From: Anaeramoeba ignava BMAN
Taxonomy: Eukaryota; Protista; Anaeramoebae
Direction of reading: 5' to 3'
Length of the DNA stretch: 64,000 nt
NCBI GenBank assembly: GCA_028826165.1
Contig: JAPDFW010000121.1
Span: forward strand, 1 to 64,000
In this document: in pieces, positions 42,702 through 53,692 of the stretch
How positions within the stretch are numbered: position 1 is the first letter of the stretch
Layout: each line of letters starts with the position of its first letter
Made by a program: the position numbers and the translations under genes
The notes under the pieces: generated by a model
What the model saw: only the letters and a program-made list of their open reading frames with translations
The model's database searches: none
Told to the model about the DNA's origin: nothing

Positions 42702-43471
42702 ATGTTTTCTTTTTTTTTCGGTCAAGAAGAAATAAACGATAAATTATCAGTTAAGAAATGTGAAGAACAAGTTGAGAAATGTGTGATTCATAATAAATGG
42801 ATACAAAAAGCAATTCAATTTTTAACTGAATGTTCGAATAAAATTGAAGATATTTCGAGTGAATCAAAAAAAATAATTAATTGTAAATTCTGTGAACCAT
42901 CACTTTTTCCTCATTCTCGCGCATATTATCGAATAGATGAGAAAAAGATCTATTTATGTGCCAATAGATTGTCAATCAATGATGTTTTTGTTGTTTTAAA
43001 ACATGAACTAACACATTTCATTGATGTAAATTTTTTTTTCTCAAAATAAATCAAAATTGAATGAAGAAATAATAAGAATGGTATTATTATTTAGGACAAG
43101 CTTGGGTTCGACTTTTTAGTTCCTGAAATTGTTGCTTGTTCAGGTTAATTTTAAATGATCAAAAAGAATTTTTTTTTCCGATTAATTTTTTTTTTTGAAA
43201 TTTTTTTTTTAAATTTTTTTTCAATTTTTTTAAATGATTTTTTTTTTGATTTAATTTAGAAATTAGAGCAGCTAAAAATGCAGAATGTGAACATGCAATT
43301 TTCAAAAAGAAATGTACTAAAAAATTTGCATATGATTCTATTAAATTCAAGTATCCAAATCAATCACATGAAATTATTGAAAGAATTTTTGATAAATGTT
43401 ATAATTCTAAAATTTTTTTAAAAGATAATATTTCTTTTCTTTCTAGTTTTGGATTTAACAATTTTAAATAA
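42702..43471 (+). CDS. ATP23: Mitochondrial intermembrane-space metalloprotease Atp23 (peptidase M76), ~194 aa; exons 42702-43025, 43095-43143, 43260-43471
   Basis: IYLCAN...LKHELTHFID (HExxH), spliced ACS-EIRAA, then C...C and IFDKCY; 10 cysteines in total. Confidence 0.85.
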
Positions 43472-43719
43472 AGTTATAAAAAGCTTATTTAAAAAATATT
43501 TAATAAAATTTAAAAAAGTTATAAAAAAGTGGAATGAATTTATTTAATAAAAATATTTAAAAAAATTATAAAAAAGTGGAATGAATTTATTTATTAAAAT
43601 TATTTGAAAATTTATAAAAAAGTGGAATGAATTTATTTATTAAAATTCATTTAAAAATTTATTTGAAAAAATTAATTTTCATTTTTTTAATTTTCATTTT
43701 TTTATTTTCCAAAATTAAA

Positions 43720-45909
43720 ATGTTATCAACTTTTGAAGATTTACAAATTTCTATGAAAAAATTATTGAAAGAAGAACAAACAAAAGATTTCATATTAAAA
43801 ATGGGAAAAGAAAAAACAGAAATAAAAGCACATAAATTTATTCTTCAATCAAAATCTGAATTTTTTTCAAAAAAAATAAAGAAAAATAAAAAAGAATATG
43901 AAGATGAAAAAATTGAACCAGAAATAATGAAATCAATTTTGAAATATTATTATCTTGGATACATTGATATTGACTCAAATAATTGTGTTCAACTTTTAAA
44001 AGCATCAATAAAACTAAAAGCAGAAGATCTCAAACAAATAATTCTTGATTTTTTCAAGAATTTCATCTCAGTTTCAAATGTTTTGAATTATTTTGATTTG
44101 TTTGTTGAATATAAATTAAAAAGAGCAATTTGTTTTTCTTTATTTTTGATTGGCAAAAATTTTCCAAAAATTTATAAGAATGATAAAATATTAAATCTTT
44201 CTTCTGATAGTTTGATATGGATTATTCAGTCAGATATTTTGGATGTTCCCACTGAACTTCAGATATTTTGGTTAATTCTTAATTATTCAAGAAAGAAAAA
44301 TCAACTCAAAAAATATTCTAATGAAAAATTAATTGTTGAAAGAAAGAATAACAAGGATATTATTGATGTGTTTAAAAATTATTCTAAATTTATTCGTTTT
44401 TCTCAACTAGAAAATTATGAACTTGAAGAAATTAAGAATTTTGTTGGTTCTAATTTGAAGTATTTACCTTATGTGAATTTATTTTTTGGAGATCAGGATT
44501 TCAATCAAATTCAGAAAACTCAAATTGAAAATCTAAATCAAAATCAAAATCAAAATCAAAATGAAAATGAAAATCAAAATCAAAATCAAAATGAAAATCA
44601 AAATGAAAATCAAAATCAAAATCAAAATGAAAATCAAAATGAAAATGAAAATCAAAATGAAAATGAAAATCAAAATCAAAATGAAAATCAAAATCAAAAT
44701 CAAAATCAAAATGAAAATCAAAATCAAAATCAAAATGAAAATCAAAATCAAAATGAAAATCAAAATCAAAATGAAAATGAAAATCAAAATGAAAATCAAA
44801 ATCAAAATCAAAATCAAAATGAAAATGAAAATGAAAATGAAAATCAAAATCAAAATCAAAATGAAAATGAAATTCAAAATCAAAATCAAATTCAAAATCA
44901 AAATCAAAATGAAAATCAAAATCAAATTCAAATTCAAAATCAAAATCAAAATATAAATACAAGATTTAGAGTTCCATCAAGAGCAAGATCGAGATACAGA
45001 TTATCATCAAAACCAAGAGCAAGAACGCCACCAATAAAAAGACCACCAACAATATTTGGATCAAGAGGAAGACCACAATCACTATCAAGAGGAAGACCAA
45101 ATCAAAAGGAAAATGAAAATCAAATTCAAATTAAAAATGAAAATGAAAATGAAAATGAAAATGAAAATGAAAAGGAAAATGAAAATGAAAAGGAAAAGGA
45201 AAATCAAATTAAAAATGAAAAGGAAAAGGAAATTAAAAAGGAAATTAAAAAGGAAATTAAAATCCAAATTGAAAATCAAGGATATCATTACTTTCTATCA
45301 AAAAGATCCTTTTACAAAAACAGAAATATTATGCGTCTTGATTTACCAAGTGAGAAAATTTCATCAAAATTAGATGAAAAAAAATTACAAGAATGGATTC
45401 CAAAATTTTCGAATCAAATGGAAGTAATTTATTCAGCAAAAAAACATGGATTTGATTGCAGATCTTATTTGGATAAATGTGAAAATTTAGGAAATTTAGT
45501 TTTCTTAATTCAAACAACATTGAATGATATTTTTGGAGGTTTTGTTTCTTTACCTTTAATTATCAATAATCAAAAATTTGTTGAAATTCAAGATCCAAAT
45601 TGTTTTATTTTTATTGCAAATATTGGAAATCAAGAAGAATATATTAAATGTGAATTGAAGAAGAATGAACCGTTTTCATTTTCATTTGCTTTTGATTCAA
45701 ATAGAGGACCTTTATTTGGAGAAGGTTGGGATTTGGGTGTTGAAGAAAATATGAAAATTCTTTCAATGAATTTTGGTGTTACTTTTGAAAAACCAAAAAT
45801 TAAAATGAGTGAAGAAGCAAAAAGATTACTTTCATCAGAATTTAAGAAGTTTGAGATTGAAGAGATTGAAATTTATACAATTCCAAAAGAAGATGAAAAA
45901 TCGAATTAA
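43720..45909 (+). CDS. BTB-BACK-TLDc protein with internal NQ/NE and R/P-rich low-complexity insert, intronless (likely start 43720, MLSTFEDL)
   Basis: KDFIL...KAHKFILQSKSEFF, ILKYYYLG; BACK SDILDVPTELQIF, IRF; TLDc YSAKKHGF, IFGGF, GPLFGEG.DL, IEEIEIY. Confidence 0.88.
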   Translation: MLSTFEDLQISMKKLLKEEQTKDFILKMGKEKTEIKAHKFILQSKSEFFSKKIKKNKKEYEDEKIEPEIMKSILKYYYLGYIDIDSNNCVQLLKASIKLKAEDLKQIILDFFKNFISVSNVLNYFDLFVEYKLKRAICFSLFLIGKNFPKIYKNDKILNLSSDSLIWIIQSDILDVPTELQIFWLILNYSRKKNQLKKYSNEKLIVERKNNKDIIDVFKNYSKFIRFSQLENYELEEIKNFVGSNLKYLPYVNLFFGDQDFNQIQKTQIENLNQNQNQNQNENENQNQNQNENQNENQNQNQNENQNENENQNENENQNQNENQNQNQNQNENQNQNQNENQNQNENQNQNENENQNENQNQNQNQNENENENENQNQNQNENEIQNQNQIQNQNQNENQNQIQIQNQNQNINTRFRVPSRARSRYRLSSKPRARTPPIKRPPTIFGSRGRPQSLSRGRPNQKENENQIQIKNENENENENENEKENENEKEKENQIKNEKEKEIKKEIKKEIKIQIENQGYHYFLSKRSFYKNRNIMRLDLPSEKISSKLDEKKLQEWIPKFSNQMEVIYSAKKHGFDCRSYLDKCENLGNLVFLIQTTLNDIFGGFVSLPLIINNQKFVEIQDPNCFIFIANIGNQEEYIKCELKKNEPFSFSFAFDSNRGPLFGEGWDLGVEENMKILSMNFGVTFEKPKIKMSEEAKRLLSSEFKKFEIEEIEIYTIPKEDEKSN

Positions 45910-46320
45910 AATTAAAATTCATTTTAAAATTTAAATTAAAATTAAAATTAAAATTAAAATTAAAATTAAAATTAAAATTAATTTTAAAATTAAAATTAAA
46001 ATTAAAATTAAAATCGGATAAAAAATTAAAATTAAAATTAAAATTAAAATTAAAATTAAAATTAAAATTAAAATTAAAATTAAAATTAAAATTAAAAATT
46101 AAAATTAAAATTAAAATTAAATTAAAATTAAAATTAAAATTAAAATTAAAATCAAAATTAAAATCAAAATTAAAATCGGATAAAAATTAAAATTAAAATT
46201 AAAATTAAAATTAAAATTAAAATTAAAATTAAAATTAAAATTAAAATTAAAATTAAAATTAAAATTAAATTTAAAATTAAAAATTAAAATCGAATCAAAA
46301 TTAAAATTCATTTTAAAATC
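45910..46320. repeat. (AAAATT)n array between two convergent BTB-TLDc genes, punctuated by AAAATCGGATA
   Basis: Seen directly. Confidence 0.85.
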
Positions 46321-46400
46321 GGATAAAAAATTATTTTTGAATTTTATTTTTGAATTTTCTTTTTGAAGTAAAAATTAAAAAATTAAAAAAATTAAAAAAA

Positions 46401-47984
46401 TTAAAAAGTAAAAACTTCAACTTCCTTAACTTTAAAACTATGACCACCAGCAAGAAACTCTTTAGCAGCTCTTGAATGAGGTTGAACACCTTGAGGAAGC
46501 TGAAAAGATCTGCCAAAATTAGACCAACCGATCTGAAGATTAGCACCAATACCGAGATCACCATAACCGAATTTAGGACCCCTTTCAGGATGATAACGGA
46601 TTGCATTTTTTTCTTCACCATTTACGATGGCGAATTTTTGAGGCTTTTGATTGAAGGGATTCTTAAGGGAAAAAAGAAAAGCGTTGTTGTCGAGAATGTA
46701 GTTATTTCCAACATTCGACTTCCATCCCACAGTGGTGTATCCGCCGAATATGAAACCATCATTGGATTCAATTAGAGTGAGGGTTTTCCCCTTGTCGTCG
46801 CAAACTTGGTGAAATGTTTTGGAGCTGTAACCGTCTCTGCTGGCGCGGAAAGTAAGGTTCATTTGGTCGAAAAATTGGTTGTCGTTGATCCACTTTTTAA
46901 TTTTTTTGACGTAGTAATAATTGTTTGAGATGATTGAGGAGGATTCCATTTTTTTGAGGTCTTCGTAATTTATCTCGGGTTTTTTTGTGCGGGAGTTTTG
47001 GATCTGTGAGTTGTCCTGTGGAACTGACTTGAGATAATTAAGTTGATTTGAAGGTTTTTTAGAAATTTCAGGATGAGATGAATCAATATATGGACTTGGG
47101 GTTTCTGTGGATGTATTTTTAACACGAGAAACGTAGTGCTTGACGCCCGGGGTTTGCTGTTTCTGGAGGAGCTCTATATCTTTATGCTGGTCAGCACGGA
47201 CATAGGCATGATAAGAAAAAATATCGATGATTGTTTCTGCGGGAAGAATATTCAGCAACTTAAGCTTAGATAAGTCGTTTGAAGACACGTCCGAAAAGCG
47301 TATCTTGGCAAGAAGAGGAGCGATACAATCGCGGACATCATCGGGCTGGTGCTCATCGACCTTCCCGACTGGCTGGACGCCTACTTGCTTGCGACCCCAA
47401 CGGATAACTAGGTACAATAAGTCAAGTTCATCTTGAATTGGCAAATTATCAAACTCAAGGATATCGATAAGCGTTTCTTGAGAAAACGATAGAAACGCTT
47501 CGTGACTCACGAGGATCGAGATATTCTCACGGATTACTTCAAGGCATTTTTTATAAAGTCCCTTTGATTTAACTGATTTTGCTTTTTCGCATAATTGAAG
47601 AACGTTGGATTGATCAACGTGCGAAATTAGGAAATTTTGCAGCCATTTTTTTAGCGCAAACATTGATAGTTTCTTCGATGCTACCATCAAATCAAACGCG
47701 TTTTCTTCTTTTACGTCGATAATCCCTGTGTAAATGTATCTCAATATCGACTTCATTGTTCTTTTTGTAAAATCTGTAAACGTTAATGCGTCCGCTTCGT
47801 TTTGTCGTAACCAGGAATAGAAAAATCCACATCGTGCGCTTAATATCGATTTATGGCATCGAAAACTCGTCTCGCTTTTTTCCGTTAAATTTATTGTAAA
47901 ATCACTGTGAAAAAAATCTGTTTTGAATAATTCGTGTAATTCTTTTGATAATGTTTGTAAATCTGAAAATCTTGTTATTGACAT
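46401..47984 (-). CDS. BTB-BACK-TLDc protein, intronless, 527 aa
   Basis: SDFTI...FRCHKSILSARCGFF, ILRYIYTG; BACK DELDLLYLVIRWG, IRF; TLDc FRASRDGY, FHQVCDDKGKTLTLI, IFGGYT, AFLFSL, GPKFGYGDL, VKEVEVF. Confidence 0.92.
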   Translation of the reverse strand: MSITRFSDLQTLSKELHELFKTDFFHSDFTINLTEKSETSFRCHKSILSARCGFFYSWLRQNEADALTFTDFTKRTMKSILRYIYTGIIDVKEENAFDLMVASKKLSMFALKKWLQNFLISHVDQSNVLQLCEKAKSVKSKGLYKKCLEVIRENISILVSHEAFLSFSQETLIDILEFDNLPIQDELDLLYLVIRWGRKQVGVQPVGKVDEHQPDDVRDCIAPLLAKIRFSDVSSNDLSKLKLLNILPAETIIDIFSYHAYVRADQHKDIELLQKQQTPGVKHYVSRVKNTSTETPSPYIDSSHPEISKKPSNQLNYLKSVPQDNSQIQNSRTKKPEINYEDLKKMESSSIISNNYYYVKKIKKWINDNQFFDQMNLTFRASRDGYSSKTFHQVCDDKGKTLTLIESNDGFIFGGYTTVGWKSNVGNNYILDNNAFLFSLKNPFNQKPQKFAIVNGEEKNAIRYHPERGPKFGYGDLGIGANLQIGWSNFGRSFQLPQGVQPHSRAAKEFLAGGHSFKVKEVEVFTF

Positions 47985-48219
47985 TTTGATTAGAAAAAGA
48001 AATTAAGAAAAAGAAAAAGAAAAAATAAAAAATGAAAAGAAAAAATTTTAAATTCTTTTTATTTTTTCTTATTTGTGAGTAATTGCCACGAAAGCATAAA
48101 ATTTAATTAAATTTTTATTTAAAATTTTAATTTAAAAAATATTTTTTGTTTTTTTTTTTTAATTGGAATTTTTATTTGAACCGCCAAAAAAAAAATTTAA
48201 AAAACAAAAAAATCAATTG

Positions 48220-51200
48220 ATTATTAAATATTAATTAAATATTAATTAAATATTAATTATTTATTAATTAATAATTAATTAGATATTAATTAAATATTAA
48301 TTAAATATTGATTAAATATTGATTAAATATTGATTAAATATTAATTAATTATTAATTAAATATTGATTAAATATTAATTAAATATTAATTAAATATTAAT
48401 TAAATATTAATTAAATATTGATTAAATATTAATTAAATATTGATTAAATATTAATTAAATATTAATTAAATATTGATTAAATATTAATTAAATATTGATT
48501 AAATATTGATTAAGTATTAATTAAATATTTGATTAAATATTAATTGATTAAATATTGATTAAATATTAATTAAATATTGATTAAATATTAATTAAATATT
48601 AATTAAATATTAATTAAATATTGATTAAATATTGATTAAATATTAATTAAATATTAATTAAATATTAATTAAATATTGATTAAATATTAATTAAATAAAT
48701 ATTGATTAAATATTAATTAAATATTAATTAAATATTAAATACAATTAAAATATTGACAAATATTGATTAAATATTAATTAAATATTGATTAAAATTAAAT
48801 ATTGATTAAATATTATTAAATATTGATTAAATACAAAAATATTGATTAAATATTAATTAAATATTGATTAAATATTAATTGATTAAATATTAATTAAATA
48901 TTAATTAAATATTATTAAATATTAATTAAATATTGATTAAATATTAATTAAATATTAATTAAATATTGATTAAATATTAATTAAATTATTAAATATTTGG
49001 TAAATATTGATTAAATATTAATTAAATATTAATTAAATATTGATTGAAATATTAATTAAATATTGATTAAATATTAAATATTAAATATTGATTAAATATA
49101 AATTAAATATTAAATAAAAATATTAATTAAATATTGATTAAATATTAATTAAATATTGATTAAATATTGATTAAATATTTAATTAAATATTGATTAAAAA
49201 TATTGACAAATATTATTAAATATTGATTAAATATTAATTAAATATTGATTAAATATTGATTAAATATTATTTAAATATTAATTAAATATTAATTAAATAT
49301 TGATTCTAAATATTAATTAAATATTGATTAAATATTATTAAAAAAAATATTGATTAAATATTGACCAAAATATTGATTAAATATTGATTAAATATTGATT
49401 AAATATTAATTAAATATTGATTAAATATTAAATATTGATTAAATATTAATTAAATATTAATTAAATATTGATTAAATATTAATTTAAATATTAATTAAAA
49501 TATTAAAAATTAATTAAATATTTAAATATTTGGTAAATATTACAATTAAATATTAATTAAATATTAATTAAATATTGATTAAATATTAATTAAATATTGA
49601 TTAAATATTACCCAATTTAAATATTAATTAAATATTATTAAATATTTAAATATTGATTAAATATTGATTAAAATATTAATTAAATATTAATTAAATATTA
49701 ATTAAATATTAATTAAATATTGATTAAATATTAATTAAATATTGATTAAATATTAATTAAATATTGATTAAATTAATTAAATATTGATTCAAAATTGATT
49801 AAATAATTAATTAATTATTGATTAAATATTGATTTAAATATTAATTAAATATTGATTAAATATTTTAAATATTAATTAAATATTAATTAAATATTAATTA
49901 AATTAAAATAAATATTAATTAAATAAATATTAAATATTATTAAATATTAATTAAATATTAATTAAATATTGATTAAATATTGATTAAAATAAAATATTAA
50001 TTAAATATTGATTAAATATTAATCAAATATTGATTAAATATTGATTAAATATTAATTAAATATAAAAATATTATTTGATTAAATATAATTAAATATTGAT
50101 TAAATATTACCAAATATTGATTAAATATTGATTAAATATTAAATTAAATATAATTAAATATTAATTAAATATTGATTAAATATTGATTAAATATTGATTA
50201 AATATTGATTAAATATTAAATTAAATATAATTAAATATTAATTAAATATTGATTAAATATTGATTAAATATTGATTAAATATTGATTAAATATTAATTAA
50301 ATATTAATTAAATATTAATTAAATATTGGTAAATTAATTAAATATTAATTAAATATTAATTTAAATATTGATTAAATATTGATTAAATATTGATTAAAAT
50401 ATTGTAAAAATATTGATTAAATATTGATTAAATATATTTTCTAATTAAAATATTAATTAAATATTGATTAAATATTAATTAAATATTAATTAAATATTAA
50501 TTAAAATTATTGGTTGAATTAAATATTAATAAATATTATTATTAAATATTATTAAATATTAATTAAAATATTGGTAAATATTAATTAAATATTGATTAAA
50601 TATTAATTAAATATTAATTAAATATTAATTAAATATTAATTTAAATATTAATAAAATATTAATTAAAATATTAATTAAATATTAATTAAATATTGATTAA
50701 ATATTGATTAAATATTATTAATTAAATATTAATTAAATATTAATTAAATATTGGTAAATATTAATTAAATATTAATTAAATCTAGATTAAATATTGATTA
50801 AAAATTATTAATTAAATATTGATTAAATATTGATTAAATAAATATTGATTAAAAATTATTAAATATTAAATATTTTAAATAAAATTAAATATTAATTAAA
50901 TATTAATTAAATATTAATTAAATATTAATTAAATATTGATTAAATATTGGTAAATATTGATTAAAATATTGATTAAATATTATATAAATATTAATTAAAT
51001 ATTTGATTAAATATTGATTAAATATTAATTAAATATTAATTAAATATTGGTAAATATTGGTTTAAATATTGATTAAATATTGATAAAATATTGATTAAAT
51101 ATTGATTAAATATTGATTAAAATATTGATTAAATATTAATTAAAATTAAATTAAATATTGATTAAATATTAATTATTTATTGATTAAATATTAATTAAAT

Positions 51201-52458
51201 ATTGATTTAAATATTATTAAAATATTAATTAAATATTGATTAAATATTAATTAAATATTAATTAAATATTGATTAAATATTGATTAAAAATAATTAAATA
51301 TTGATTAAATATTAATTAAATATTGATTAAATATTGATTAAATATTAATTTAAATATTGATTAAATTTATTAATTAAATAATTGATTAATTATTGATTAA
51401 AATTATTATTAAATATTAATTAAATATTGATTAAATATTAATTAAATATTAATTAAATATTGATATTAAATATATTAAATAAATAAAAAATTAAATATTA
51501 ATTAAATATTGATTAAATATTAATTAAATTGGGATTAAATATTTAAATATTAATTAAATATTAATCAAAATTATTAAAATATTAAATATTAAATTAAAAT
51601 ATTTAAATAAATATTGATTAAATATTAATTAAATATTGATTAAATATTGATTAAAAATTATTAAATATTGATTAAATATTGATTAAATATTGATTAAATA
51701 TTAATTAAATATTGATGTAAATATTGATTAAATATTAATTAAATATTGATTAAAATTGATTAAATATTAATTAAATATTGATTAAATATTGCATTAAATA
51801 TTAATTAAATATTGATTAAATATTAATTGATTAAATATTGATTAAATATTGATTAAAATATTAATTAAATATTGATTAAATATTAATTACTAAATATTAA
51901 TTAAATATTAATTAAATATTAATTAAATATTAATTAAATATTAATTTAAATATTAATTAAAATAATTAAATATTAATTACAAATTAATATTTAAATATTA
52001 ATTAAATATTAATTAAATATTGATTAAATATTAATTAAATATTGATTAAATATTAAATATGATTAAATATTGATTAAATATTAATTAAATATTGATTAAA
52101 TATTAATTAAATATTGATTAAATATTGATTAAATATTAATTAAATATTAATTAAATATTAATTAAATATTAATTAAATATTAATTAAATATTGATTAAAT
52201 ATTGATTATTAATTAAATATTGATTAAATATTAATTAAATATTGATTAAATATTGATTAAATATTAATTAAATATTAATTAAATATTAATTAAATATTGA
52301 TTAAATATTGATTAAATATTAATTAAATATTGATTAAATATTAATTAAATATTGATTAAATATTGATTAAATATTAATTAAATATTAATTAAATATTGAT
52401 TAAATATTAATTAAATATTAATTAAATATTGATTAAATATTAATTAAATATTGATTAA
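48220..52458. repeat. 4.2-kb 11-bp satellite ATTAAATATT(A/G)
   Basis: Several hundred units in two variants, ATTAAATATTA and ATTAAATATTG; clean at the edges and indel-rich in the middle. Confidence 0.95.
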
Positions 52459-52547
52459 AAAGTTGGAAAAAAAAATTTATTCAAAAAAATTCAAAATCAT
52501 TTTTTTTCTTTTTTTTCCTTTTTCATTTCCCATTTTTTAATAATAAA

Positions 52548-53415
52548 ATGAACGAATTCAGTGAACAACAAATTCAAGAAATTCAACAACCATTTAAACT
52601 TTATGATTTTGATATGGATGTTTGTTTTAAAAAAAAAAAAATTTTTAAATAAAATCGAAGTTATTCATTGATGATATTATTTTATAAAAAAAAAATTGAA
52701 ATAAATTTTTATCATGAAAACCAAAACAAATAAACAGGGAAATATCACACCAAACGAAATTGGTGTTGTTCTCAGGAGTCTTGGACTTCCACCATCTGAA
52801 TCTGAAATTGAAAAAATTGTAAGAATTCAAATTTGCCATTTTCAACCTTTAATTTTTTCTTAACTTAATCCACTTTTAAATAGAAATCCAAATACGAAAA
52901 AACACAGTGATGTTTCATACTTAAAAAATTACCGATCCTAATTTAATTTTTAACCTTTTGATTTTCTTGTTTTTTTTATTTAATACAGAAAAATTAGTTT
53001 TGATGAATTTCTTTTAATTTATAAAAATATTCTAGCAAAAAAACCTGAATATGATAACCAATTTCAAAGAGCAGTTGGATGGTTAGATAAGGTATCTATT
53101 TTCCGATATTTTTCTTAATAAATTTTTTTTGACAGAAAATTTTTCACTTTTTAAAAATTTTTCACTTTTTAAAAAATTTAAGAATAAATCTGGTTTTATT
53201 GAAATCAAAGAATTAAAAAGACTTTTAACTTCAATTGGTGAACCGATTACAGAAGAAGAGTTCAATAATTTTTTTAAGGAATTTGCTCAAAATAAAGATG
53301 GGAAAATCAGTGTAGAAGGTAATAAATTTTTAATTTAAATTTTTAATTTTTTTATTTTAATTTTTTATTTTTTTATTTAGATTTTAAAAAGTTATTTCTT
53401 GTTAACGAAAAATGA
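52548..53415 (+). CDS. Calmodulin-like / myosin light chain-like EF-hand protein, 6 exons including a 23-nt microexon (52884-52906)
   Basis: Spliced product MNEFSEQQIQEIQQPFKLYDFDMD-GNITPNEIGVVLRSLGLPPSESEIEKI-KSKYEKTQ-KISFDEFL...LDK-NKSGFIEIKELKRLLTSIGEPITEEE...DGKISVED-FKKLF; degenerate EF-hands 2 and 4. Confidence 0.85.
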
Positions 53416-53692
53416 ATTTTGATTTGAATTTTGATTGGAAAAGAAAAAGAAAATAAATTCCACTTTTTTTTTTTGCTTTTTTTTTTTAATTCCATTTTTT
53501 TTGTTTTTGATTTTTTTCTTTTTTTTTTGAAAAGAAAAATTTTTCACTACAAAAAATAAAAAGAAATCAAACAAACAAAAAACAAAAAACAAAAGAAAAA
53601 GAAATTAAAAAATAAAAATTAAAAATTAAAATTAAAATTAATATTAAAATTAAAATTAAAATTAAAATTTGTTTTGAAATCAAATGAAAAAT

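Noticed and set aside
43627-43719. Signal-peptide-like N-terminal extension of the BTB-TLDc ORF
   Set aside because: The ATG sits within the AAAGTGGAATGAATTT repeat and the extension is T-rich UTR-like sequence; paralogs start at a position equivalent to 43720.
48220-52458. Telomeric repeat or information-encoding array
   Set aside because: Internal location, no G-rich telomere-type unit, and no evidence the A/G order is anything other than slippage history.
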